Shown: positions 30,224 through 42,120, counted from the first letter of the stretch. The stretch: 64,000 bases of DNA from an uncultured Flavobacteriales bacterium (GCA_937121175.1 CAKZKD010000037.1:32000-95999), one strand, 5' to 3'. Notes: generated by a model not told the origin, from the letters alone. A program made the numbers and translations.

Positions 30224-31094
30224 ATTCGGTGGTTTAGGAATAGCAATGGTTACTCCTTTTTTAATTAGTGGTAACGTTGACTTTGATGGATTAACTGCAT
30301 TAACGAATCATTTGATTGATGGAGAAGTAGATTTTTTGGTAGTACAAGGTACTACTGGAGAACCAGCAACAATGAGTTTATCCGAAAAGCAAGCGGTTCT
30401 TGAGCATGTGAAGAAAGTAAATGCTGGCAGATTGCCTTTGGTTTTTGGTCAAGGAGGAAACAATACCCAAGCTATTATTGATGGCTATCAAGATTTTGAT
30501 TTTACGGGAGTTGACGCCATTTTATCAGCAAGTCCATACTATAATAAACCAACACAAGAAGGAATATACCAGCATTACAAAGCTTTGGCTGAAAATAGCC
30601 CTGCAGATATTATTTTATACAATGTACCTGGCAGAACGGCTTCGAATATGTCTGCCGAAACAACACTTAGGTTAGCTCATGAATTCGATAATATTATTGC
30701 TGTAAAAGAGGCGAGTGGTGATTTAGGCCAAGTTGGGCAAATTATTAAATCTAAACCAGCTGGTTTTGCGGTTATATCTGGTGATGACCCACTAGTTACA
30801 CCACATATTTCTATTGGTGGTGACGGAGTCATTTCAGTAATTGGAAATGCCATTCCAAAGGATTTTGGAACGTTGACCCATAATGCGATGAACGGAGATT
30901 ATAAGTCAGCATCTGCAATGCACTTGAGATTACTGGATTTGATTGATTTGCTGTTTGTGGAAGGAAATCCTGCTGGAATAAAATCTGCACTTAAAACCAA
31001 AGGTGTTTGTGGTGATTATGTGCGCTTGCCTTTAGTTCGAGTATCTGATGCTACAAAAGAAGCAATCAGAAGTGAGCTTGAAGGACTACAATAA
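30213..31094 (+). CDS. dapA: 4-hydroxy-tetrahydrodipicolinate synthase DapA
   Basis: It has the typical DapA blocks GLGIAMVTPF, VVQGTTGEPATMS, YYNKPTQEG, LYNVPGRT and AVKEASGD. Confidence 0.95.
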   Translation: MQHKFGGLGIAMVTPFLISGNVDFDGLTALTNHLIDGEVDFLVVQGTTGEPATMSLSEKQAVLEHVKKVNAGRLPLVFGQGGNNTQAIIDGYQDFDFTGVDAILSASPYYNKPTQEGIYQHYKALAENSPADIILYNVPGRTASNMSAETTLRLAHEFDNIIAVKEASGDLGQVGQIIKSKPAGFAVISGDDPLVTPHISIGGDGVISVIGNAIPKDFGTLTHNAMNGDYKSASAMHLRLLDLIDLLFVEGNPAGIKSALKTKGVCGDYVRLPLVRVSDATKEAIRSELEGLQ

Positions 31095-31111
31095 ATACGA
31101 AAAGATTTTCT

Positions 31112-33790
31112 ATGAAACATTTTATCATTCTTTTATTAATTCTCCCACTAGGTTTATGGTCGCAGAACGGGTCATTTAAATGGGCAAAATCATTTGGTGG
31201 TATAGCTGATGGAAATACAGCAAGATGCATAAAAACGGATAAGGCGGGAAATGTTTATACAGTAGGGGATTATACGCACACTGTTGATTTTAATCCAGGA
31301 ATTGGCTTGTTTAACCTTACCGCTAACCATGTGCCTAATCGTCCAAAGAAAGATGTGTTCATTCAAAAATTAGACAGTAATGGAAACTTTCTATGGGCAA
31401 AATCTTTTGGAGGACCAGATCATGATAATTCGAGTTCATTAGCAATCGATACAGCTGGAAACATTTATATTACTGGAAACTTTAAAGCAATTGCGGATTT
31501 TGACCCAGGAGCAGGCACAGCAAATTTCACTTCAATTGACGGTACCGATCTCTACATACTAAAATTAAATTCGAATGGTCAGTATATCTGGGCTAAAACT
31601 GTTGGAGCAAGGAATAACAATGTAGCTGGTAATGCTATTGATATCGACCCTAATGGAAATGTACTTGTTACAGGTCGATTTAACCCATTTAGTAACGGCG
31701 GAAGTGTGGATTTTGACCCAGGTCCAGCAACAAACAACATAGTAAACTCTAAAGCTAGTGACGCCTTTGTCTTAAAATTAAACGCTAACGGTCAATATGT
31801 TTGGGCAAAATCTTTTGGTGGTGACTTTTCAGTTATTGGATTCGGAATAGCCACTGATGAATTTGGAAATTGTTATACTACTGGCACTTTTTCTGATCGA
31901 GTAGATTTCGATCCAGGTGCAGGAATATTTTCAAGAAAATCAAAGGGAGGTGATGATTTCTTTGTCCAGAAATTGGACTCGAACGGAAATTTTGAATGGA
32001 CGGCACTTATGGGTGGAACAAGCTATGAAAAAAGTAATGACATAGCTATAGATGATTCTGGAAACGTATTGGTAACTGGATATTTTCAATTAACAGTAGA
32101 TTTTGATCCTTCGATTTCCACCCTTAATTTGACTTCAAATGGACTTCATGATGCGTTCGTTCAAAAAATTTCTCCAACCGGAAGTTTGTTGTGGGCGAAA
32201 TCTTTCGGAAGTACCAGTTATGATGGAGGGACTTCTATTACCACTGATACTACAGGAAATATATATGTGGCGGGTGACTATTGGTATAGTGTAGATTTCG
32301 ATCCTAATTCTGGGGTTTATAATTTAACGTCTAATGGTAGGTCCGATGTTTTTGTGCAAAAATTAAGTGGCGGTGGTAATTTTATTTGGGCCAAATCCGT
32401 TGGAGGAAAATTTGATGATGGAGGGGGTCCATCCATTGCAAATAATGGTCCTTCAGTTCATATTTCTGGTAGCTTTACAGATACAGCTGATTTCAATCCT
32501 GAGACCGGCATATTTAATCTCATAGATTCTGGACGCTCAGACCTTTTTATTCTAAAACTTGGTGCTTGTATTCCTGTTGCGTATGATGATACGATTATTG
32601 CTTGCGATTCTCTCACCTGGATCAACGGCATAACTTATAAGAGTGACACAACTGCAAACGATACTAATTTAACTTCCGGAGGTTGCAGCTCCATTGTTAC
32701 GCTTCGACTAACTGTTTTAAACTCAAACCATTTTATTGATACGGTTGTGGCGTGTGATTCATTTACATGGATAAACGGAATTACTTATACAGCTAGTAAT
32801 ACGATAGCTACAGATACATTTAAAAATGTAGTAGGTTGTGATTCAATAGTGAGACTTCAATTAACTATTCATGGTTCGTCATCAGCGGTTGATACTGTAT
32901 TGGCATGTGATTCTTATACATGGATTGACGGAAAAACATATACTTCCAATAACAATACTGCTAAAGACACTTTAAAAAATAGTCTCGGTTGTGATTCAAT
33001 TTTAACTTTGAATCTAGTAATACTTCAACCTAGTTCTAGTGTAGATTCGGTTAAGGCATGTTCTTCATATACATGGATAAATGGAACTACTTATACCACT
33101 AGCAATAATACTGCTCAGTTTACTCTCAAAAATACTTTGGGTTGCGATTCTGTTGTATCCCTGCGTCTTACGATAGTTGATGTAACTTTCGGGATAGATT
33201 CTATAACAGCTTGTGGTTTTTACAACTGGAATGGTGTTAAGTTCACAGCCAGTAATTTCATTGCTACAGATACCCTAACAAATTCAAAGGGTTGCGATTC
33301 TATTGTCACATTGAACTTAACCATAAATTCTGTCGATACCTCTGCAACAGTATCAAATGGAAGCATTTCTTCTAATGCAACTTCAAGCTCTTATACTTGG
33401 ATAGATTGTTCTGATGGGAAAATCATTTCTAACGCTAATTCGAAAAGCTATACTCCTGAAGTTGATGGAAGTTACGCAGTGATAATTACTACCAATGGTT
33501 GTGTTGATACTTCAAAATGTTTTGATATTTCAACACTTAGTTCGGTTGTACCTCACTTTTTTAGTAAAGTACTAGTTTACCCTAACCCGAGTACAGGAGT
33601 AGTAAATGTCAATCTTGGGGACTTAACTGCCGATATAAGGATTTATAATACTCTTGGTGCTGAGGTCTATTCTGAAAAATCCAATTCGGGAATTGTTCAA
33701 ATCGAGTTGCCAAATGCACCTGGGGAATATTTTATAGAGGTAACATCTAATTCCGAAACAGCTAGTTATAAGATAATTAGGCAGTACTAA
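31112..33790 (+). CDS. SBBP beta-propeller-repeat protein with five Cys-containing ~48-aa modules and a type-A T9SS C-terminal domain
   Basis: It has about 9 repeats of the form D..GN.Y.TG.....VDFDPG........G..D.F..KL...G...WAK. Next come five ACDS.TWING.TYT.SN....DT..N..GCDSI..L.LTI modules. The C-terminus is VYPNPSTGVVNVNLGD...GEYFIEV...KIIRQY. Confidence 0.8.
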   Translation: MKHFIILLLILPLGLWSQNGSFKWAKSFGGIADGNTARCIKTDKAGNVYTVGDYTHTVDFNPGIGLFNLTANHVPNRPKKDVFIQKLDSNGNFLWAKSFGGPDHDNSSSLAIDTAGNIYITGNFKAIADFDPGAGTANFTSIDGTDLYILKLNSNGQYIWAKTVGARNNNVAGNAIDIDPNGNVLVTGRFNPFSNGGSVDFDPGPATNNIVNSKASDAFVLKLNANGQYVWAKSFGGDFSVIGFGIATDEFGNCYTTGTFSDRVDFDPGAGIFSRKSKGGDDFFVQKLDSNGNFEWTALMGGTSYEKSNDIAIDDSGNVLVTGYFQLTVDFDPSISTLNLTSNGLHDAFVQKISPTGSLLWAKSFGSTSYDGGTSITTDTTGNIYVAGDYWYSVDFDPNSGVYNLTSNGRSDVFVQKLSGGGNFIWAKSVGGKFDDGGGPSIANNGPSVHISGSFTDTADFNPETGIFNLIDSGRSDLFILKLGACIPVAYDDTIIACDSLTWINGITYKSDTTANDTNLTSGGCSSIVTLRLTVLNSNHFIDTVVACDSFTWINGITYTASNTIATDTFKNVVGCDSIVRLQLTIHGSSSAVDTVLACDSYTWIDGKTYTSNNNTAKDTLKNSLGCDSILTLNLVILQPSSSVDSVKACSSYTWINGTTYTTSNNTAQFTLKNTLGCDSVVSLRLTIVDVTFGIDSITACGFYNWNGVKFTASNFIATDTLTNSKGCDSIVTLNLTINSVDTSATVSNGSISSNATSSSYTWIDCSDGKIISNANSKSYTPEVDGSYAVIITTNGCVDTSKCFDISTLSSVVPHFFSKVLVYPNPSTGVVNVNLGDLTADIRIYNTLGAEVYSEKSNSGIVQIELPNAPGEYFIEVTSNSETASYKIIRQY

Positions 33791-33994
33791 AATCTAATTT
33801 GACAACATAGTTTTTAAAATTCAAAAATTCCTTCCAAATTGATGAAGAAATTTATTCTGATTCATACAATTGTATCTATTGAGAAAACGAAATGTCCTTT
33901 GAAGTTTCTATGGCCACACTTTCTTCTGAATACTAGCAATAATCAACATTGTACAAAGCCTATTCCTGTTACCTTTCTTTCTAAAAAAGAAGGA

Positions 33995-34215
33995 TAGAAC
34001 CGTAGAGTTAACAAATTGGTTAAAGAAAGTGCTTCGGCCATGCATTTGAGGTTGCTGGATTTTATTGATTTATTGTTTGTTGTAGGCCATCCTGCTGGAA
34101 TTAAGTTAGCACTGAAAACAAGAGGTATTTGTGGTGATAATGTTCGCTTAACTTCTGTTACGGTATAAGAAAAACGGCAAATGCTATTGTTGAGGAGTTG
34201 GAAGGATTGAGCTAT
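33995..34215 (+). pseudogene. Diverged fragment of a dapA 3-prime end (remnant)
   Basis: The plus strand translates to ...LTNLVKESASAMHLRLLDFIDLLFVVGHPAGIKLALKTRGICGDNVRLTSVTV*. The intact DapA C-terminus reads SASAMHLRLLDLIDLLFVEGNPAGIKSALKTKGVCGDYVRLPLVRV. The fragment has no start and a premature stop. By eye, nucleotide identity is roughly three quarters. Confidence 0.8.
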
Positions 34216-34244
34216 TTTGTACAAAAAAATTATCTCTTAGCACC

Positions 34245-34919
34245 CTACCTCGGTAGATTCGCATAATCTAACGTTATTTCTGTTGTGTCATTTTTTGAAA
34301 GTGTATAGTTGAACGAGGTATCTGAAGTGGAGTTGGAATTATCTACTTCTCCTTCACAGCTGTTCAGTCTAACGTCAAGTCGAAAGGTGGATTGTGTGCT
34401 CGGTATCTGATAATATATACTGCTTGAATCTTGTGAGAAAAGTGTCCAATCCGAAAAGGACTCACATGATTTTTCTCCAAAATATCCGTTCATGCAATAC
34501 TTTTTATCTAAAGGTTTATTTACTTGATTGATTTTTAATGTTTTTCTCTTAGAGCAGTTGACAATCTCAATGGGTTGTTGGACATATATATAAATTTCAT
34601 TTGTTCCAGCACAATAAATATCCCCATCAACAGCCATGTAAGGCCTGTCGTAAAAGGTTACTGTTACTGTCTTTTCATCAAGGTTTCTACCTGAAAAAGT
34701 AATTTGGCCATTTTTATCCGAAACCTCATAAATAGTGCTGGGGTTGGCGGGTATTAAAATACCATTAGCTTCTAAATAATGTGCTTGTATTCCTTCTATA
34801 CCTTCACCAGTTGCTACATCAATAAATTGAATTGTAAGTGGATTGATTTGTTTTTTACAACTAACCGTGAGTATTGCAAGAATTGCAAGTACCAGCGGAT
34901 ATTTTAGAACGATATTCAT
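34245..34919 (-). CDS. Hypothetical lipoprotein
   Basis: The start is moved to Met10, giving MNIVLKYPLVLAILAILTVSC (lipobox) and removing the overlap with the upstream gene. Confidence 0.5.
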   Translation of the reverse strand: MNIVLKYPLVLAILAILTVSCKKQINPLTIQFIDVATGEGIEGIQAHYLEANGILIPANPSTIYEVSDKNGQITFSGRNLDEKTVTVTFYDRPYMAVDGDIYCAGTNEIYIYVQQPIEIVNCSKRKTLKINQVNKPLDKKYCMNGYFGEKSCESFSDWTLFSQDSSSIYYQIPSTQSTFRLDVRLNSCEGEVDNSNSTSDTSFNYTLSKNDTTEITLDYANLPR

Positions 34920-34920
34920 T

Positions 34921-35310
34921 TTATTGATTTCTAATCGATGAATCATTCAACAGCAAAAAACATTCACATTTTTCATCTAATAAACCACCTTTATGGGTGA
35001 GGTTAAAATACCAATAATCGGAATTTCTAATATCGAATGAAATTTCAAAATCCTTTGAGTTTAGCGTAATAGATTCAAATAACATTGGGCAATTTTGATA
35101 TCGTTGATATCCACCTCTCTCATGTCTTCTTCCAATAATAAAGCTGCTATTTGGCTCAAGTATGACCATTTGCTTATCTAACTCTTCTGGGTATGTGATT
35201 TTCAATTTGTGTGTAGAGTTGTTGTTGATGATTTGTTTGTATTCTGTTTTAGAACTGCAAGCACATAAGATTATCAAATAGGAAATAATGATTGGGATTT
35301 TGGAAGTCAT
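34921..35310 (-). CDS. Hypothetical lipoprotein
   Basis: A signal peptide and lipobox, IPIIISYLIILCAC. Length is 129 aa. Confidence 0.5.
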   Translation of the reverse strand: MTSKIPIIISYLIILCACSSKTEYKQIINNNSTHKLKITYPEELDKQMVILEPNSSFIIGRRHERGGYQRYQNCPMLFESITLNSKDFEISFDIRNSDYWYFNLTHKGGLLDEKCECFLLLNDSSIRNQ

Positions 35311-35316
35311 TCGAAT

Positions 35317-35523
35317 TTATTTTTCAATACTCAACGCCCCAGAAGGGCATTTGTTAACTTGGTCAATTATTGCTTGTTTGCTGGCTCCATCCGGTTGAAT
35401 CCATGGTTTTTCTTTGGGTTTAAAAACCGATGAAAGTCCTTTTGCACAGTTTGCAGAATGGATACATTTTTCGTTTTGCCAAACAATTTTCACGTCTTCT
35501 TTTTCGTATTTCTTAATAGCCAT
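35317..35523 (-). CDS. Small divergent (4Fe-4S)-binding protein
   Basis: 68 aa with Cys spacing CIHSANC ... CPSGAL, typical of the divergent 4Fe-4S mono-cluster family. Confidence 0.65.
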   Translation of the reverse strand: MAIKKYEKEDVKIVWQNEKCIHSANCAKGLSSVFKPKEKPWIQPDGASKQAIIDQVNKCPSGALSIEK

Positions 35524-35581
35524 AGGAGTAGATTTTACATTCTAAAAATACTATTTTCATTGCTCAATTATATTTTAATAA

Positions 35582-37594
<2,013 letters not shown>

Positions 37595-37658
37595 TAGTTG
37601 GTTTTAAATTGCCAACTTAAGAAACCCATTACTTTTGCAGCTTGAAAAAAATATAATC

Positions 37659-38510
37659 ATGAAAAATACGATTCTAACATTCTGTTTATTAGTTGTTTGT
37701 ATGCTTTGCGCAGCACAAACTAAAACCTACCAAAGCTGGAATAAAGTGGCTAGTCAACGGGCTGGAGTGCTGAATATAAACTACTTCGAAAATTTCCCTT
37801 ATGCGTTTGCAGATCCGAACGGAAATCATATGGGAATTGAAATCGATATTATCAAAGAATTTCAACATTGGTTAGCCACCTATAAAGGTGTGGAAATAAC
37901 ATTGAATTATCAGAAGTACGATAACTTCAACACTTTTTATACAGGAATAAAAGATGGAGGAAATGGTCAAATTGGTCTAGGTTCAGTCACTATTCATGAA
38001 GAACGCGAAAAATGGGCGAAGTTTTCTGAACCCTACCTCAAAAATGTAGCAGTTTTAGTTTCTGCTTTGGAAGTAAATAACTTGAGAAGTATGTCGGAAT
38101 TTGCGGAGGTGTTTCAAGACCGAGTTGCGTTGGTGGTAAAAGGTTCTTCGCATGAAGAACAGTTATTGGACATAAAGAAAAAGTACTTTCCAGAAATGAC
38201 AGTTAGTTATGCAGAGAACCCGAAGGAAATGCTAATGCGTATGAAGGAAGACCCGCATTACTTCGGTTATGTAGATATTATAACGTACATGGCATTCACC
38301 GAAGAACAAGGTGGGTTGTTACGTGTGCACAGAACTGCCGATATTGATGGAGAGCGTTTTGGATTTGTATTTCCTCCCAATAGCGATTGGAACACGATTT
38401 TCAATGAATTTATGGTAGGCGGATTTGGGTTTTCTGCAACCGCGGAGTACCATGCTATTTTGGACAAATACCTCGAGCTAAATGTTATCCAAGAAGTTCA
38501 AATGCAATAA
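37659..38510 (+). CDS. Periplasmic solute-binding protein family 3-like protein
   Basis: The start is taken at the ATG giving the signal peptide MKNTILTFCLLVVCMLCAAQ. It has the SBP_bac_3-like pattern (GIEIDIIKEF, GLGSVTI, EREKWAKFSEPY). Confidence 0.6.
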   Translation: MKNTILTFCLLVVCMLCAAQTKTYQSWNKVASQRAGVLNINYFENFPYAFADPNGNHMGIEIDIIKEFQHWLATYKGVEITLNYQKYDNFNTFYTGIKDGGNGQIGLGSVTIHEEREKWAKFSEPYLKNVAVLVSALEVNNLRSMSEFAEVFQDRVALVVKGSSHEEQLLDIKKKYFPEMTVSYAENPKEMLMRMKEDPHYFGYVDIITYMAFTEEQGGLLRVHRTADIDGERFGFVFPPNSDWNTIFNEFMVGGFGFSATAEYHAILDKYLELNVIQEVQMQ

Positions 38511-39383
38511 TTGCAATTGAATTTATCGGACAATACATACAAAGGCGTAGCCGAATATGTTACGAAAAAACTGACGAATGACTTTTCGTTTTCGGAAATT
38601 CAAAGTCTTACTAATGTAATATTCACGGAGCTGCTCAAAGTTTCAAAGGAAGAACGATTTCTAAATCCTGTTTCGCTGATTACTGAAGGTGATTTGCTTT
38701 TGGTTATTCGAGCGGTAAATCGGTTACTTAAATCAGAACCTATTGAGTACATCATTGGTAATGCGGAGTTTTATGGCCGTACTTTTAAAACAAATTCTAA
38801 TGTACTTATTCCAAGACCTGAAACAGAAGAGCTATGTGAATGGATAATTGCTGATTTTAAAACTGCAAATAGTTTGTCAATTTTAGATATTGGAACAGGT
38901 TCAGGTTGTATTCCAATTACTCTGGCCCACGAATTACCCCAAAGTTCGGTTTTGGCATGTGATGTGTCTTTGGATGCTTTAGAAATTGCAAAGCAAAATG
39001 CTGAATTGAATGGAGTATCGGTTGAGTTTTTCCAATGCGATATTCTGAAGGAACTTCCAGTTACAATAAAGTTAGATGTAATTATTTCGAATCCACCGTA
39101 TGTGTTGCAAAGCGATAAAGCCGAAATGGAAAGTAATGTGTTGGATTACGAACCGCACATAGCCTTATTTGTTGATGACAATGATCCACTTATTTTTTAT
39201 AAAAAAATTGCCAAACACGCACTAGATACTCTTACCGAAAATGGCAAGTTGTATTTTGAAATTCATGAACGATACTCGAATGAGGTTCTGCAATTGTTAG
39301 AATCCATGAATTTCGTAAATATTGAAGTTCGGAAAGATGCGCAAGGAAAGGAAAGAATGGTGAAGGCTAGCATTCAAAAATGA
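38511..39383 (+). CDS. prmC: Release-factor glutamine N5-methyltransferase PrmC/HemK
   Basis: It has the SAM motif ILDIGTGSGCI, the catalytic ISNPPYV, and PIEYIIGNAEFYG plus LIPRPETE. The start is TTG. Confidence 0.85.
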   Translation: MQLNLSDNTYKGVAEYVTKKLTNDFSFSEIQSLTNVIFTELLKVSKEERFLNPVSLITEGDLLLVIRAVNRLLKSEPIEYIIGNAEFYGRTFKTNSNVLIPRPETEELCEWIIADFKTANSLSILDIGTGSGCIPITLAHELPQSSVLACDVSLDALEIAKQNAELNGVSVEFFQCDILKELPVTIKLDVIISNPPYVLQSDKAEMESNVLDYEPHIALFVDDNDPLIFYKKIAKHALDTLTENGKLYFEIHERYSNEVLQLLESMNFVNIEVRKDAQGKERMVKASIQK

Positions 39384-39517
39384 GCAGGCAATACTTTCGA
39401 ATAATAATTCAGAATTAGGTTGCTGTAGAGATTTGTTTAATTTTAGAATTAATTTCAAATCAAGTGAAATAACCTCATTGTAATTTCCCTATTGCCGTTT
39501 TTATAACCTTTCTGATT

Positions 39518-40156
39518 GTGTATTCGTGCAAAAAATCAGAACCTCAAATTGTGGAAATTCGGACAGAAGGCTTTGAGCCAATCGAAACACGGTTTCCATT
39601 TGAAGATATAGTACCTGCCCAGGGAGTTACTTATTGGGAACTAGGGTACATTCAACCAGAGTATTACGATAGTAGGAAAGATACAATAATTGATACCACC
39701 CAAATCGTGTTATTTGGAGGGGATTTATGTCGAAATAGTTCGAATAAAGATTCTTGTATCGGAGTGTTCAATGCTCATAAAGTTCCAGGAACTGGATTTG
39801 CGCCAGGTTGTTTTCCAGATTATTGCTATCACTTAATTAAATATCGGCAAAACGATGAAATACGTATTGCGAATGATTCGGAGAGTATTGTTGTTTTTTT
39901 AGCAGATATTGACTCTGAAAGTGACGCCATATTGTTAGCCCTGGTTTCGGGATACAATTATCAGATAAATAATGTTGAATTAGGCGGAATAAAGCCATCT
40001 AAAAATGGTTATTTCCTAATTGTAAATCAAGCCACTGGTGGTTGTGGAGAGCCATACTTTACATGGCAAATTCTAATTCATATTTCCACAGAAGGTAATA
40101 TTGAAGAACTCAGGAGAGTAGTCCATTCTAGGGAAGAGGTTTCACCTTGTGTCTGA
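39518..40156 (+). CDS. Hypothetical protein (probable lipoprotein with an unresolved start)
   Basis: The ORF begins at a GTG with MYSCKK. In-frame codons upstream encode NFPIAVFITFLIVYSC, a signal-peptide and lipobox-like string, but there is no canonical start codon. Confidence 0.4.
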   Translation: MYSCKKSEPQIVEIRTEGFEPIETRFPFEDIVPAQGVTYWELGYIQPEYYDSRKDTIIDTTQIVLFGGDLCRNSSNKDSCIGVFNAHKVPGTGFAPGCFPDYCYHLIKYRQNDEIRIANDSESIVVFLADIDSESDAILLALVSGYNYQINNVELGGIKPSKNGYFLIVNQATGGCGEPYFTWQILIHISTEGNIEELRRVVHSREEVSPCV

Positions 40157-40272
40157 TTAAAACTTGGGAATTTGTTAGTTCATTTCGTGGACCATTCAAT
40201 TCTCAATGTTTCTTATTTAGATACAGTTTATATCAACAAGAAGGTTATTTTCGGTAACTCTAAAATATTAGT

Positions 40273-41598
40273 ATGCAAGAACAAACTATTCTAGGTCACC
40301 CGAAGGGTTTATTTATATTGTTTTTTACCGAAATGTGGGAGCGTTTCTCATTTTATGGAATGCGGGCCATGTTGGTTCTGTACTTAACTAGGGCAACAAG
40401 CGAAACCTTTAACCCTGGTATGGGGTGGACAAGTGCAGAGGCACTATCGCTTTACGGAACTTATGGAATGATGGTTTATTTTATGGGGATTTTTGGCGGA
40501 ATTGCAGCCGATAAATGGCTGGGGCAAAAGAAGGCCGTTATTGTTGGTGGAGTACTTATTATTCTTGGACAATTTGCCTTAGCTATCGATTCGTTAACCA
40601 TGTTTTATTCCGGATTAACGTTATTAGTTTGCGGAGTTGGCCTGTTAAAGCCAAACATTAGCACCATGGTAGGTGGGTTGTATAAAAAAGGAGATGCCAA
40701 ACGAGATGCAGGTTTTACCTTGTTTTATATAGGAATAAATATCGGTGCGCTTGCTGCACCATTCATTATTGGTACAGTAGGCGAAACTATTGATTGGCAT
40801 CTCGGGTTTTCATTAGCCGGTTTTGGGATGATTTTAGGCCAGGTAGTTTTTGTGTTTGGAGGGAAGCACCTAAAGCACGTAGGAAATCTGTTGAAACATT
40901 CAGAAACTGAAAGTCATTTGGCTACTCAACCCTTGTCTAAGGTTGAAAAAGACAGAGTTATTGTTCTTTTACTTTCGTTTCTAATTGTAATTGTGTTCTG
41001 GGCTGCTTATGAGCAGGCAGGTGGTCTAATGAGTTTATACGCTAGAGATAGTGTTGACAGATTTGTGTTTGGTTATGAAATACCAACCAGCTGGTTTCAA
41101 TCGTTGCATGCTTTCTATGTAGTACTAATTGGCGCTCCTATGGCGTGGTTGTGGCTCAAGTGGGGTAAAATGGGTAGAGAATCCTCTGCAATTTTCAAAA
41201 TGGCCGCAGGTATGATTATCATGTGTATTAGTTTTTTGGCCTTAATGGGCGCAGTGTATGATGCATCAGTAAATATGTTGGGAAAAGCACCAATCTATTG
41301 GTTGTTGTTCTCCTATTTCTTGCACGTTGTTGCGGAGTTAAGTATATCTCCGGTTGCGCTTTCATTTATTACAAAATTGGCTCCAGTTAAGTACGCTAGT
41401 TTGATGATGGGAGCCTATTTTGCCATTACGGGGCTAGGAAATAAAGCAGCAGGAATGTTGGGCGAGTATGCACAAGAAGCTGGAGAAATGGCCGCATTTT
41501 CCATTATTGCTGTAGCTTGTTTACTAGTTGGCATTCTATTATTCTTCTTGGTGAAAAAGCTAAAAGAATTGTCTCATGGGGCGGAAGATTTAGTATAA
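40273..41598 (+). CDS. POT/PTR2 family proton-dependent oligopeptide transporter
   Basis: It has the signature FFTEMWERFSFYGMRAMLVLYL (ExxERFxYY) and multiple TM segments. Confidence 0.9.
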   Translation: MQEQTILGHPKGLFILFFTEMWERFSFYGMRAMLVLYLTRATSETFNPGMGWTSAEALSLYGTYGMMVYFMGIFGGIAADKWLGQKKAVIVGGVLIILGQFALAIDSLTMFYSGLTLLVCGVGLLKPNISTMVGGLYKKGDAKRDAGFTLFYIGINIGALAAPFIIGTVGETIDWHLGFSLAGFGMILGQVVFVFGGKHLKHVGNLLKHSETESHLATQPLSKVEKDRVIVLLLSFLIVIVFWAAYEQAGGLMSLYARDSVDRFVFGYEIPTSWFQSLHAFYVVLIGAPMAWLWLKWGKMGRESSAIFKMAAGMIIMCISFLALMGAVYDASVNMLGKAPIYWLLFSYFLHVVAELSISPVALSFITKLAPVKYASLMMGAYFAITGLGNKAAGMLGEYAQEAGEMAAFSIIAVACLLVGILLFFLVKKLKELSHGAEDLV

Positions 41599-41627
41599 AA
41601 AAAAGCCGCTTTTAGCGGCTTTTTTTA
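41597..41627. terminator. Rho-independent, potentially bidirectional terminator
   Basis: AAAAAAGCCGCT-TTT-AGCGGCTTTTTTT lies between the convergent POT gene and the lipoprotein gene. Confidence 0.8.
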
Positions 41628-41644
41628 TTTATTTCGAATTCAAC

Positions 41645-41968
41645 TTACTTCAAAGAGCAAGTTGTAACTGCAGACTCAGTATAGGTTACCACAACTTCTC
41701 TATCTTTCTCATAATCATACTCAGTAGAGGTATAGCTTGATGAAGCTTCCGTTTCGTAAGATTTACACCAATCTTCGCTTTCTTTTTTCTTTTTTGACGA
41801 AGTGAATGAATATGTTTCGGTGTAACCTGGCCATGTATATTCTTCAAAAGCAGGGTCAGATGCAGTTTGATCGTACTTCTCTACACAGTCGCATGTGTAA
41901 CTTTTGGAACAAGAACTTAAGCCTGCCATCATTAATCCTGCAGCAGCAATTGATAATAATTTTTTCAT
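41645..41968 (-). CDS. Small Cys-containing lipoprotein (paralog 1)
   Basis: The start is taken at MKKLLSIAAAGLMMAGLSSC (lipobox). It shares the motifs YTCDC, KKKESEDWCKSYE and TTCSLK with 42166-42459. Confidence 0.55.
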   Translation of the reverse strand: MKKLLSIAAAGLMMAGLSSCSKSYTCDCVEKYDQTASDPAFEEYTWPGYTETYSFTSSKKKKESEDWCKSYETEASSSYTSTEYDYEKDREVVVTYTESAVTTCSLK

Positions 41969-42120
41969 TGTATTGTAGTTTTTAAGTTGTGACAATAATA
42001 CAGATTATATGGATTAATTTCAAAATGAACTTCTGGATTTGGGAATTAATTGTTTGCTATCAAATGGAAAGTATTAATTCAAGAAGAAAAGTATTTTCAA
42101 CACCGTTATGCATTAAACGA

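Noticed and set aside
33943-34224. 93-aa minus-strand ORF in the gap after the SBBP gene
   Set aside because: The opposite strand carries a clear dapA 3-prime homologue, so the ORF is an antisense artefact of that pseudogene fragment.
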